Part shown: piece by piece, positions 38,345 through 49,200 of the stretch
Numbering within the stretch: position 1 is the stretch's first letter
How the letters are laid out: each line of letters opens with the position of its first letter
Assembly: GCA_044226015.1 (NCBI GenBank)
Contig: JBGAHS010000004.1
Coordinates: forward strand, 512,001 to 576,000
From: Candidatus Obscuribacteraceae bacterium
GTDB lineage: Bacteria > Cyanobacteriota > Vampirovibrionia > Obscuribacterales > Obscuribacteraceae
DNA: 64,000 nucleotides
Direction of reading: 5' to 3'
Position numbers and translations under genes: made by a program
The notes under the pieces: model-generated
The model's database searches: none
Told to the model about the DNA's origin: nothing
What the model saw: only the letters and a program-made list of their open reading frames with translations

Positions 38345-39628
38345 TCACCTGCTTCGGGCAAATCGTTTTATCGATTCCACAAGTTTGCCGCCTGGTTTTG
38401 AATCGTGCTTTTCTAGAATAGGAGCACCATCTGCAAGTCTTTGGATTCCGGTTGTAATAACAACATCTCCAGCCTTCAAGCCGCTTTTCACTTGAAACGA
38501 GTCGCCCTCGATTCCATATGTTTCTATCTCCACCTGGTGCGCTGCTTTTTTTCCATCCTTTCCTGTTTCAGCCAGGAAAACAAAGTGCTTACCGGCTGTC
38601 TGAGAGACAGCAGCTGTCGGAACACAAATACCGGGCTTTTCATTCCAGACAACAACTGCTTTAACTGTCTGGTCTACTCGCAGCTGATCTTTGCTGTTCG
38701 GAAAAAGCGTTTTGACTAAAACCGTCTGGCTCGAAGAATCAACCGTTGGTGAAATAAAGATGACCTTGCTGTCACCAAAGTCAGAGCCGTTAGAAGATCT
38801 CAACGCAACGGACATTCCCTTCCTCATTTCACCTGCTTTCTCGGCAGGTACAGCAACATATATTTCCAGAGGCTGATTTTCAGTCAGGGTCGTGAGTGCT
38901 GTTGAGGTGAGAACATGGTCGCCTAACTTTACAGGAATATCACCTATTATTCCTTCAAATGGCGCAACAATTTCATAGTATCTAAGTTGTTCCTTTTGAG
39001 CTTGATAGCTAGATGTCGCTTGTTTGTAACTTCGTTCGTACTTTTGAATGGTAGTTTTTTGTCCTTCTATTTGCTGAAGGATCGCATCGCGATCGGCACA
39101 TGCTGCAGAATAGCTGTTTTTCCAGGAATCAAGTTCAGATTGTGCGACAGCGCCTTGACCGGCAAGACTTTGATATCGTTGATATTGTGCTTTTGTGAAA
39201 TCGACATTTGAAAGCTTGCTGCGCAATGAGCTTTCCAGTGATGCCAGAGTCGCCTTTGCAGTAGCGAGATCTGACTGAACCGTCTCCGCAGCTGCTTCAA
39301 ATGAATTGGTTTGTGCTGCTTGCTGACGGGAATCAATTTGCATTATCTTCTGGCCAGGCTTAACGAAGTCACCCGCACTTACAGAAATTTGAGTGATGTG
39401 TCCTTCGACGTGCGGCTGAAGAGTTACTGACTTACGTGACTTTACTGTGCCTATGTATTCAGATTGTTCCCGGTAGGGAGCGACTCGAACAGTCTCCATT
39501 TTTACTTCTGCAGGCGGAAAGCCCATCATGGCTGGTTTCTTTTCGCCTTCTGCGCAAGAAACGCAGGCGAGCGCAGCGAGAAAAATGCCAATGAAAGAAC
39601 GCAGCGCACTATATTTGGTGAGAGCCAT
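38345..39628 (-). CDS. RND periplasmic adaptor (membrane fusion protein)
   Basis: PHVEGHITQI..G..VK.GQ, coiled hairpin, IVAPFEG, SGLKAGD; start taken at ATG 39628. Confidence 0.93.
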   Translation of the reverse strand: MALTKYSALRSFIGIFLAALACVSCAEGEKKPAMMGFPPAEVKMETVRVAPYREQSEYIGTVKSRKSVTLQPHVEGHITQISVSAGDFVKPGQKIMQIDSRQQAAQTNSFEAAAETVQSDLATAKATLASLESSLRSKLSNVDFTKAQYQRYQSLAGQGAVAQSELDSWKNSYSAACADRDAILQQIEGQKTTIQKYERSYKQATSSYQAQKEQLRYYEIVAPFEGIIGDIPVKLGDHVLTSTALTTLTENQPLEIYVAVPAEKAGEMRKGMSVALRSSNGSDFGDSKVIFISPTVDSSSQTVLVKTLFPNSKDQLRVDQTVKAVVVWNEKPGICVPTAAVSQTAGKHFVFLAETGKDGKKAAHQVEIETYGIEGDSFQVKSGLKAGDVVITTGIQRLADGAPILEKHDSKPGGKLVESIKRFARSR

Positions 39629-39688
39629 TAGAAAGACCTGTAGCGGCTGAAACGCGCAGCAGCTCTGGATTAACAAAACCGTACTAAA

Positions 39689-39702
39689 GTATGATTTCAT
39701 AC
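39689..39702. promoter_or_regulatory. Candidate TetR operator palindrome
   Basis: GTATGA-tt-TCATAC between divergent adaptor and TetR genes. Confidence 0.5.
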
Positions 39703-39719
39703 CATGTTATGATTGTCAA

Positions 39720-40334
39720 ATGGAAACCTATTCATTAGGAAGAAAAGATAGAAAACGTGAGCAACGGCGAAACAGTCTTGTAGCCTGTGCACGGAAGCTT
39801 TTTGTTGAGAAGGGATATGCCGGCACTACTATCGACGACATAGTTGATGCTGCTGACGTTGCAAAAGTCACGTTCTATTATTATTTCAAATCAAAAGAAG
39901 AAATAGCTCTGGAGATGAAGCGTCAGAGTCAGGAGGAAGCGCTGAAGTATGTGGAAAGAATGCGCTCTGCGGAGCAGTCTGCAAAAGAAATGATTGATAT
40001 TTTGATAAAGGACATTGTGCAATGGACCGAAGAGAACTGGCGTCTACTCGAGGTTTTCTGTGCTCAACGATTTAGCCCACTGGTTAAATTCGAAAACACA
40101 GAGGAATGCAAGCCCGAACCCCTCACGTTATGTGTTGATGTAATTATTCAGCGTGGTCAGGACGCTGGTGTATTTCGCTCAGACATCGATAGAATGCGCG
40201 TTTCGCACTTGATAGATTTAGCTATTTTGTGTGAGCAAAATTACTGGGTCAAATCGGGTAGAAAAACTGGTGAGTTGTCCCCACAACTTCATAAGTGCTT
40301 CGATTTTGCGCTCAATGGAATATTGATGCGTTAG
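39720..40334 (+). CDS. TetR/AcrR family transcriptional regulator
   Basis: ARKLFVEKGYAGTTIDDIVDAADVAKVTFYYYFKSKEEI HTH; divergent from the RND operon. Confidence 0.95.
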   Translation: METYSLGRKDRKREQRRNSLVACARKLFVEKGYAGTTIDDIVDAADVAKVTFYYYFKSKEEIALEMKRQSQEEALKYVERMRSAEQSAKEMIDILIKDIVQWTEENWRLLEVFCAQRFSPLVKFENTEECKPEPLTLCVDVIIQRGQDAGVFRSDIDRMRVSHLIDLAILCEQNYWVKSGRKTGELSPQLHKCFDFALNGILMR

Positions 40335-40336
40335 GA

Positions 40337-41905
40337 TTATTCTGTCTTTTTGCGTTCATACAAGCAACTAGCTTCATCTTCGCAACTCAATTTCCATGCC
40401 GGGTCATTCTTGAGGTTTCCTACCAGGACACTATTGTTCGGAAAAAGTACCCATTGGATTTTGTATTTGTCGAGCATTTCGCGCCAGTTGCTCTGTCCCG
40501 TTGCAATGTCGCCATAGTCGAGATAGAACTTTTGCCCGTAAAAGTCTACCCGGTCATCAATGAAAACGCGTAGCCCTGATTTGTACCTGATGTAACCGCC
40601 CCAGTTGTCGTATGTGAAACCACTGTTTTGGTCCAGCTTTTTTTCGACGACATAATCTAAGGCTTTTGTAGGTTTCGATTTTGCATCGAAATTTGATTTG
40701 ACTAATTCGATGCCGATAGCTTTTCCATTGTTGAAACAAGAAATTGCCAGAACAATTATTGTCACTATGGGTAGTGCGTGTCTGGTACAGGTTAGTTCCA
40801 TCGAGTCCATTGTTTCGCCCATCGATAGCCATTGCTGTTTAATTGGCTTGAGCCACGAGGCAAGTTCGGCATTCTCGAGCCTTGAGAGTAAGTTGATTTT
40901 GAAGCTTGCTAATAGTTCGCCAATGAAAGGAAGTGCCACGATGACAAACAGCGGCATATTTCGCTTGCTTGCAAGCGTAAGATGTCCGTATGCAAGAACT
41001 GTTAGAAGACGCGGCAAGGCAGGCTTCTTTTGAGTGCTAACCAGCCCGACGGCCAGAGCAAAAAAGAGAAGCTCTAATAAAACTGTTTGCAATTGTCCAT
41101 GAAAAATCGGCGAGGAGTACTCGTCCGTTTGCGAAATGACAGCGGTTTGTTGCAGGTATTCGAATATGTATTTGTACAGATCAAGACCGTAGGGATTGAT
41201 GAAGGAAGCGCCTATTATCAGAGCAAGTGAGGCCAGGTATATTTTGCAGCGAGAAAATGTTTGCGATCGTTGTTCAGATGCAGCGCTAGAAAATGCCACC
41301 ATAAGTTCTGAAACTAGATAGATTCCAACCAGAACGATGCCCATGATGAAAGCGGGATGTGAGTTCGCCCATACAATCATTGTGAGCGGAAGTGTTATGA
41401 GCAATCTCTTCGCGCTGATCTTCCCTTCAAAAAATTCTTGCAAAAATCTAGTGTAGATGTATACCGCAAAAAATGTGACCAAATGCGGACGCGCAAGCCA
41501 GTGAATTGCAGAAATGAGTGCGCCCATAATGCACAGAAACATAGCAATAAAAAAATGGCAACCACGCTTTCTGCAGTCATCATAGAGCATCAAGAATAGC
41601 CATGCGATCGCGCTGCAGCATGCAACTGAGACCAGCCGCAAGCCAGCCAGCTTGTCCATTGCCGCTATAACCGTATCAAACAGCCATTCATAAGCTACCC
41701 ATGCTTTGTCGGCAAAAGTGTAGGAAATAAGATCTGTGTGAGGCACTTGCAAGTGGTCGAGGATGTAGTGACCTGTGACAAGGTGCCATCCCGTTGATCC
41801 ATCACCGAAAATGAAGTTCGGAATAAAAACATAAATCATCTGCAAAAGCAGAACAAATATGATGTCTCCAACACTGGGCATCCAACTTGGGCGTGTTTGT
41901 TCCAT
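40337..41905 (-). CDS. Polytopic membrane protein, GT-C-like glycosyltransferase candidate
   Basis: DGSTGWHLVTG, WVAYEWLF, ARPHL, WANSH, INPYG, WGGYI, VFIDDR; many TM segments; follows a polyprenyl-phosphate GT2. Confidence 0.7.
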   Translation of the reverse strand: MEQTRPSWMPSVGDIIFVLLLQMIYVFIPNFIFGDGSTGWHLVTGHYILDHLQVPHTDLISYTFADKAWVAYEWLFDTVIAAMDKLAGLRLVSVACCSAIAWLFLMLYDDCRKRGCHFFIAMFLCIMGALISAIHWLARPHLVTFFAVYIYTRFLQEFFEGKISAKRLLITLPLTMIVWANSHPAFIMGIVLVGIYLVSELMVAFSSAASEQRSQTFSRCKIYLASLALIIGASFINPYGLDLYKYIFEYLQQTAVISQTDEYSSPIFHGQLQTVLLELLFFALAVGLVSTQKKPALPRLLTVLAYGHLTLASKRNMPLFVIVALPFIGELLASFKINLLSRLENAELASWLKPIKQQWLSMGETMDSMELTCTRHALPIVTIIVLAISCFNNGKAIGIELVKSNFDAKSKPTKALDYVVEKKLDQNSGFTYDNWGGYIRYKSGLRVFIDDRVDFYGQKFYLDYGDIATGQSNWREMLDKYKIQWVLFPNNSVLVGNLKNDPAWKLSCEDEASCLYERKKTE

Positions 41906-41915
41906 AAAGCACTCC

Positions 41916-42644
41916 CTATTTTTTTCTGTAAAGTCCAAACCAGGCTGATAAGGTTACCTTGAAGACTTCGAATAGCATTTTTGGAGAGTCGACCAGTACA
42001 TTGACTTTTGAGCCTTCCATGTTTGCCCAGTTGATTGCAACTTCCTCGATTTTGTATCCGCGCATTCGCGCAATGTAGAGTACTTCAACGTCGAAGCCAA
42101 ATCCATCTATTCGATTTACTGAGAAAATATCTTTTGCAGCTTGTTTGTTAAAGAGTTTAAAACCGCATTGCGTGTCATAGAACCCTGGCAAAACGAGACT
42201 TTGAACTATCGCATTGAAAGTGTTTCCAATAAACTTTCGATGCAAGAGAGCTTGCACCTGACGTTCCTTATCTGGTTTTGCTCTTGAACCAATAGCGACA
42301 TCAAAGCCTGAAGAAAGGGCTCTTTCTAGTCGCTCTACTTCTTCGATGGGTGAGCTTCCATCTGCGTCGTTGATTAAAAGAGCATCGCCAAGTGCTGCCA
42401 TCATACCGGCGCGTACCGCATACCCTTTGCCTTTGTTTGGCTGATATGAAACGAGGCGTACTTCCGGATGTGATTTAGAATATTCACTGACAAGATCGGC
42501 AGTATTATCATGGCTGCCGTCATCCACAATCACTATCTCAAAGCCGCGACCTCGTCCACTCAAAAATTGGTAGACTGATTCAAGAGTCTGAGGCAGACGT
42601 CGCTCTTCGTTGTAAGCAGGAATAATTACGCTTAGCTCGACCAT
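41916..42644 (-). CDS. GT2 polyprenyl/dolichyl-phosphate glycosyltransferase
   Basis: IIPAYNEE, VDDGSHD, NKGKGYAV, DADGS, IGSRA, DTQCGFK, FGFDVE. Confidence 0.92.
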   Translation of the reverse strand: MVELSVIIPAYNEERRLPQTLESVYQFLSGRGRGFEIVIVDDGSHDNTADLVSEYSKSHPEVRLVSYQPNKGKGYAVRAGMMAALGDALLINDADGSSPIEEVERLERALSSGFDVAIGSRAKPDKERQVQALLHRKFIGNTFNAIVQSLVLPGFYDTQCGFKLFNKQAAKDIFSVNRIDGFGFDVEVLYIARMRGYKIEEVAINWANMEGSKVNVLVDSPKMLFEVFKVTLSAWFGLYRKK

Positions 42645-42902
42645 GGGACTTAGTATAGTCCATGTCAGCTAATGCCTCTTCATGCTTGCGAAGATGGAAA
42701 ATCACTTAGAGTTTTTCAATCCAAGCATCGATATATTTGTTGTATATCCACGGGCGTTCTTTAGCATAGGATTCTGCATTGATGCAGGCTGTCAGGATGA
42801 CACAACTATTCCAAATTTTCCAATTCGAAGCGAAGCAAATCTAAATGGAAATAATCTTGCTGATTGATGATGCAACGATGTCGAGTGCTAAGGTCTTTTC
42901 GG

Positions 42903-43047
42903 GTAGCAACTCCGGTACCGATTCGGTGTAGCAACTCGGTGTAGCAACTCAAGCGGTACCGATTCGGTGTAGCAACTCCGCTACCGATTCGGTGTAGCAA
43001 CTCAAGCGGTACCGTTTCTGTGTAGCAACTCAAGCGGTACCGATTCG
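42903..43047. repeat. Non-coding imperfect tandem repeat, six GTAGCAACTC cores
   Basis: Core periods 25, 13, 28, 25, 28 nt; linkers are variants of (AAG)CGGTACCGATTCGGT. Confidence 0.9.
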
Positions 43048-43099
43048 TCCATCAACTTAGAACGGGAAGAAGTTTGGATACTTCGATCAGGAGTTGAGA

Positions 43100-46054
43100 T
43101 TACTTTTCTTGGTTTTCTTTGGGCACTAGCGCATCGTACAGTGGGGCGTTGAATTCGCTGCGGTAAGGCTGTGGCATGCGACCACCAAAAAGATTCTTAC
43201 CTGCTGGGCTGGTCCAGAAGAAGTTCGCAGCTAGCTGTTTTGCTGTAGCTGAGTACATGCTGCCACCATTTGCTAGAACTCTATTTTCAATGAGACCGCC
43301 GGCTTTGCCGCCGAAGAATGAACCGAGAAGATTTCCCGGAACATCAGTTGCGACTTTATATGTGCTACCGAGCGCCCAGTCTCCTGCGCTCTGGTAATTT
43401 CCGGTCAATGCTTCAGATGGATATCTGTATGCAATCGAGCCAGCGGTAGCCGCGCTGAATGAAGCGAGGAATCTTGAACCGCCAGCTGCTATAGCAAACT
43501 TATCGGCAAGTCCAGCCGCGCGGAAGGCCGCAAATGTTTGACCTTCACCGATAACGATTCCGCGTTCAGCTTGTTGAGCAATTACGTTCTTGATAGCGGC
43601 TGTTCCTGCTCCTCTAGCGACAGCATAGGTCGTACCTGCTACGCCACCAGTCATGCCTGAAACACCGTCAAGTGCTGCGCTCACAAGTGTAACTTTGTCA
43701 CCAAATACATAGTGACGTATCGCACTGCCAGTAGCTGCGCCTGCAGCGAATCCTACTGCGCCACCACCTATGATGGCACCTGGACCTGACCATGAGAACA
43801 ACGCCGCAGCACCGACTCCGGCGAGAGCGCCTACTGTCCATGAAGCTAAAGATATGGCTACTTCTTTGAGCGCGCCTTTAGTCCATTTCCAGAGGCTTTC
43901 TCCCCATCCGAGTTCTCTGGTTGCTTCTTTGATGTCGCCCCATTGGGTTCTGCCATCGTGCCCTGGAACAGAATTCAACATCGAAATCATGTCGGCGCCA
44001 TATTTGTCTTTCTCTATTTCTGCAACAAGCGGATTCTTCTCACCTTTGTCGAAAGCAATATCGATATCGAGCATAGCGAGACGAGCCTGATTAACAGCTT
44101 GTTTTTGGAACTCCATCTGTTGAATCATTGAATATGCGCTCACGGCGTCAAACAATGCTGACTTGTCTTTCAATGAACCCGCTAACTTGTCGATAACAGC
44201 TTTGTTTGCCTGATCTGCAGGTTTCATGCATTCTACAAGACCTGCTACCAATTCCTTCTCGCGAGCTGTTTGTTGTTGCGGTGGTTTCATCACAGCTTGT
44301 AGCATTTCTATCTTTGCTGTATCGCGTTCAGCCGCTGGTTTCGACATTTCCTGGTTGATTTCTTTCTGCAGGTTCGATTTGACTGCTACTTCGTTTTCAT
44401 TGGCTCCATCTCGATTTATTCTCGCTGCTATTGTGGCAGCTTGTGCAGCCTTTTCGCGAGCAAGCTTGAAGTCCTTGACGATATCTTCGTCGTTCTTTTC
44501 TGTAGCTGCTTTCTGTTTTAGAGCATCATATTCTTGCATTGCTTTGTTAAACGCAAGCATGGATGCCTGGTTGCTATCAGAACCTTTGAGGGCTCTTTCC
44601 ATGAGTGCATCGAACTGTTCGCCCGATTGAGATGCAGCTGCTTTACCCGCTTCATCAAATCGAAGGTTGAGCAATATGTCACGAGCATATTTACGGTTAG
44701 ATTCGCTATCTTTGTTCTTGTCACCGTTTAACAGGAAGTCTGCGTAAGCGATGTCGACCTTCTGTTTTGCATATTTGAAGGAGTCTAGAATTTGAGCTTC
44801 ATTGATTAGTTTGAGTTGGCGCTCTTGCTGAATCTGGACTTCTAATTGTGTTGCAGTGCCTTTGCTCACACGCTCTTCCAGTGCCATTCTGTCTTTGTTT
44901 GCGTCTTCAATTTGTTTTTGAAGTTCTTGAACGTCTTTCTCGACATCAAATGGCTTGGCGGCAAGCATACGAGCCTTATCCATATCTTGGCGCGCGCCAT
45001 CAATGTCTCCAGCCTTCGTTTTCTGAGCTGCGCTTTCAACGAGGGTATATGGATTGTTTGGATTCGCGAGATATTTTTCGCGGATGTTATTGTCGAAAGA
45101 CGCATCTCTGGCTTGCGTAATCTGGCTTTCAAGACGATTCATAAGTTCTGATCTGCCTACTGGCGAATTTAGTTCGTTGGCGATTGCTTTTGCATCGTCA
45201 ATCATTTTCTTCGCCATGTTTGGAGAGCTAGCCATAGCCAATTCGGCTGCCGGGTTTTCTACACCCTTGAGAAAATCAGCATATCTTTGTCGAGTCACGA
45301 TCGGCGTTTCTTGCATGATACGCAGTTCGCGATATTGTCCTTCGAGATTAGATTGATTCTCAACTGATGTCTTTAGTGCGCTCAGTTTTTCAATTTGTGG
45401 TGGTGTCAGATTCTTGTTGTCTTGTATGTATCTCGAGATCAGAGTTGCATCCAGATAATCGCCAACAGCAGGGTTGATGCCCTGAGCAGCGAGGTCTTTC
45501 TTTAGAGTTTGGGTCTGGTTTGTGGCTGCTTCGAGCTCTTTCTTTGTGGACATTGTAGCGCCAATTACCGCATCGGGATTTTTCATTGCGGTATCAGCTA
45601 TGGTGACTGCCACCATATGACCTTCATTAATTTGTCCGATCAACTGCTCCATGACTTTGCTGACTTCGATTTGTCCGCCCTGACCATCAGGAATCTTTCC
45701 TTCCTTCATTTTGACGGAACCATCAGGCTGTTTTTCAAAGCATGTTTTCATCAGCGCATCTTCAAGCTGTGTCGTCTGTTGAAGTATCGCCTGGATTTCG
45801 TGAATTGGCTTAGTATCAATCTTTGGTGCAGGGTTGCTCTTATCAGTTTCGCTTGTGCGAACTACTTCTGTTTGCTTTGGCGTTTCTGGCTTCGTTTCCA
45901 GTTTCGGTAGCTCAAATTTTACCTCAGCTGGCTTGTTATCAGCTTTTGGGGCGCTCCCAAAGTCAATGCGATTGATCAGCGGACTTGCTTCCTGCTGCTC
46001 ATCTGTTTTGGTGTTTCTCTCAAACGGACTACGCTTTATATGCTCATCAGCCAT
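43100..46054 (-). CDS. Large (984 aa) helical hypothetical protein with hydrophobic Gly/Ala-rich C-terminal region
   Basis: Long ORF, SD aggtaag; coiled/helical body; VGALAGVGAAALFSWSGPGAIIGGGAVGFAAG segment. Confidence 0.85.
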   Translation of the reverse strand: MADEHIKRSPFERNTKTDEQQEASPLINRIDFGSAPKADNKPAEVKFELPKLETKPETPKQTEVVRTSETDKSNPAPKIDTKPIHEIQAILQQTTQLEDALMKTCFEKQPDGSVKMKEGKIPDGQGGQIEVSKVMEQLIGQINEGHMVAVTIADTAMKNPDAVIGATMSTKKELEAATNQTQTLKKDLAAQGINPAVGDYLDATLISRYIQDNKNLTPPQIEKLSALKTSVENQSNLEGQYRELRIMQETPIVTRQRYADFLKGVENPAAELAMASSPNMAKKMIDDAKAIANELNSPVGRSELMNRLESQITQARDASFDNNIREKYLANPNNPYTLVESAAQKTKAGDIDGARQDMDKARMLAAKPFDVEKDVQELQKQIEDANKDRMALEERVSKGTATQLEVQIQQERQLKLINEAQILDSFKYAKQKVDIAYADFLLNGDKNKDSESNRKYARDILLNLRFDEAGKAAASQSGEQFDALMERALKGSDSNQASMLAFNKAMQEYDALKQKAATEKNDEDIVKDFKLAREKAAQAATIAARINRDGANENEVAVKSNLQKEINQEMSKPAAERDTAKIEMLQAVMKPPQQQTAREKELVAGLVECMKPADQANKAVIDKLAGSLKDKSALFDAVSAYSMIQQMEFQKQAVNQARLAMLDIDIAFDKGEKNPLVAEIEKDKYGADMISMLNSVPGHDGRTQWGDIKEATRELGWGESLWKWTKGALKEVAISLASWTVGALAGVGAAALFSWSGPGAIIGGGAVGFAAGAATGSAIRHYVFGDKVTLVSAALDGVSGMTGGVAGTTYAVARGAGTAAIKNVIAQQAERGIVIGEGQTFAAFRAAGLADKFAIAAGGSRFLASFSAATAGSIAYRYPSEALTGNYQSAGDWALGSTYKVATDVPGNLLGSFFGGKAGGLIENRVLANGGSMYSATAKQLAANFFWTSPAGKNLFGGRMPQPYRSEFNAPLYDALVPKENQEK

Positions 46055-46174
46055 GAATGCTTACCTGCTCTGCCATAGACGTTATTCCCATTAGCGCCTT
46101 GTCTAAATCTACACAGGGCCGGGGTTTCCTGGACAATGAGACAGTTTAAATCGAGAAATTCCACGAAATTTCCA

Positions 46175-46211
46175 CAAAAAGACAAAACAGCCACCTTTCG
46201 ATGGCTGCTTC
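46175..46211 (-). terminator. Intrinsic terminator after the 1715-aa gene
   Basis: Minus strand agcagccatc-GAAA-ggtggctgtt followed by ttgtcttttt. Confidence 0.85.
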
Positions 46212-46232
46212 GATTCTCTATTACGAGACTAT

Positions 46233-49200
46233 TTACTGCTGTTGTTGTTGCTTTTTCATGTCTTCAGCAACTTGGGCAGCTTTTCCATTTACTTCTGCTA
46301 CTCGTTTGGAAGCAGCCTGGTACATAGTGTCGTAAATACTTGCCTCTCCGAAACGAGAGCTTGCATCCATTGTTGGGCGAGCAAACATCAGCGCTGCTGA
46401 GCCCATTGATGTGGTTGCATATGCTGCATCAACTCCTGGGAGTCGGGAGAACATATTGTTGACGCCCTTGCTGACTCCATTCTGCCAGCTTTGCGGCACC
46501 ATCATCTTTGCACCAATTGGAATCACGATCGAACTTACAAGACCGGTTTGGATACCAGCTTTGTTCATGTCAGTCAGGTAATCGTTGATGGTGCTGTACT
46601 TCTTGCCGTCTAGGTGCTCGCCGGTGTAGATTGCGGCACCCTTGTTCAGTGCCCCATAACCATAGCCAGCAGCGAACAAGCCCATGGTCTTAGCCGCGAA
46701 CTGTCTGGAGTTGTATTCCACCAGGTTCATGGCTCCGCTGCCCAGCAGTTGTGCTGTGCGCTCACCACCGAAGCCAGCGTACTGGAATCCTTGCCACAGT
46801 TTCCAGCCCTGACCGGTGGCCGGTGCGTAGCGGAAAGGTGTGTAGGTCAGAGGATTGAGACGGCTTGGTGCTGCTTCAGCAAGTGAAACAAGCCAGCCCT
46901 TCTTTGCTGTTTCTGCGCTGAGTGCAGTCAATTCCTTACCGAGTTGAGCTCCTGTGAGACCTTCTGGAACACCAGTTCCAAACTTGGACAGTGTTTCAGC
47001 AGACAATGGTCTGTTCATTGGGAGGTATTCAATTCCCTTAATCGCAGCGTAGGTTGTGCCTGTTGCTACGGTGTTACGGATATATCCTCTTGAAGCGAGC
47101 AGATCATGTCCTGATACTGCGTTGTTGGTGGCACCACCAACAACGAGTGCTGAGCCAGCGACAATAGGCACTTTGGCCCACAGCGGCATTGGAGCCTTTT
47201 CAAGGTAGTTTGTAAGGCCGTTCAATCCCATGTTGACCCCGTATCCGGTCAAGAATGAGCTGCCTACGCCGGCTACGTCGCCCAGGAGTCCGCGAATCTG
47301 ATTGTTGCCATCGTTGACGGTCTGGTCACGTTGAGCTTTAGCTTCCGCTGGATTGCTCAATTGTGCCCATGCAAGCTGTTGAATAAGTTTATCGCTTGCT
47401 TCCTTGCTTCCGCCGAAGAGTCCGCCTACAAGCGGCACTTCAGAGATGTAGTGGCCAGTTGTCTTCACGGCTAAGAGGTTGCCAGTCATCGAAGCTCCTG
47501 GAATGAAGGCATCGACCAATCCTGTTTGTGTCTTGGAGATTGTGTCTTTGGCCGATTCGCTGAAGGCGACTGCAGCTGCTTTTCCGTTTGCAGTCTCGAT
47601 TTGCTTGCCTTGTTCGGCTTGCTTGAGAGCACCGAGCACTTCTGGGCTTTGCGAGAATGTGCGTGGATCAACTGTCGCTATGCTTTCAACCAGTTCTTTT
47701 CCTTGTTTCTTAGCAGTTTCGTCACCGACTGCAAAACCATATTCACTCGCTTTGAGCGCGTGTTGCATTCTTATCCAGGCAACGCCTTCAGATTTTTGCT
47801 GAAGAATTGCCAGAGCATTCAAGGTGCCTCTGTCTGCATCGGTCAACACTCGTTGCATAGCCAACTGCAGTTGTTGTGTTTCTGGTGAAGCAGGCTTGCC
47901 GGTTTGACCAAGCAGAGCATCAAGCATCTCGTTTGGAGTCATTCCATTTGGATGATCCTTATCAGTTCTGCTCATCAAATCTTTTACGATTTTGGCATCC
48001 TTATCTTTTTCTGGTCCATCTGGTCCAGGCAACTTGGTGCGATCATTCTTGAAATTGTCCAGAGACATCATCAATTGGGACTTCATTGACTCAACATTTT
48101 CGTTGACTCTCTGCAGAGATTCAGCAACGGTCTTGCCCTGTCCACGTTGCATGATTTCTGCTTCGATGGATGCTTCTGCCTGTTTGAAGAGAGCGTCAGC
48201 TTGCTTCCACTGCTCTTTAGGATCTTTCGTTTTGTCCGCCATCAAATCCATGGCTTGCTTTGTCAGCTTAAGTTCTGGGAAGAGTTTGTCTTGCTCGTCT
48301 TGTAACTTAGACATCTGAGGAGTCTTGAGCTTGAGATCAGAAAGCAGTTTCTGTCCATCAGAGGTAGCTTGCAGTAATGCTGCTGCGTCTGGATTTTCCA
48401 TCGCCTTGGTTACGAGTGCTGCAGCCTTAGCTTTGTTAGCATCACCACCCTGAAGGGCGAGAGCTTGAGCTAACTGTAAGCGTGCTTCATCAACATGCTT
48501 GAAGTTATCGATACCCTGCATGGTATCAGCGTATGTTTTTGCGAACATACCCTCTGGCTTGCCAATCAGGTTCATTCGAGCATCGATAGCGCTGGCGAGT
48601 TTGGGATCAATAGCCTTTTGCTCTGCAATCTTCGCGTTGAGTGCAGCCGTGTAAGCTGCTTGCAATTTCGTTTGATCGCTGCCGGCGTCTTTCTGTGCCT
48701 GCTCCATGCTTGCAGCGAATTTCTTCTCCGCATCCATGTACTTCTTAGCATTGTCAGGGTTGAGTCCATTGACTGCAGCATTGAGGTCGGAGTTGACCTT
48801 AGCCCAGTTTTGAACGGCTGAAGACATCGCTGCCTGGAGATCTTCACGTGTAACCTTTTGCAGGTCTTCCGGTTTGAGATCTTCTAGCTTGGTTTTGCCA
48901 GTTTTTTGAAGAGCAACTATCAGAGCCATCTGATTAGCCAGCGTATCTTGTGCTTGCTGTTCGGAAGCTGCGATAAGTTCTTTTTTGATCGAAGCATTAG
49001 CTTCTAACGCTTTTTCCCAAACTGGAAGCAGCTTGTCGAAGTCTTCTGTCTTCATCGGCTTGCTGGCTTGTTCAGTTGCCTTTAGATATGACATGTACGC
49101 GTCATTAAGTACTGACGGTGACTGTGCCTGTTCTGCCGTCAACTCTCCATCAGCCGGTTTTGCAGCCGGATCTTTAGCAGGTTGTGTCTGGTCCTTAGGC

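Noticed and set aside
42903..43047. CRISPR array
   Set aside because: The core is only 10 nt, linkers are near-identical rather than unique spacers, and no cas genes are in the window
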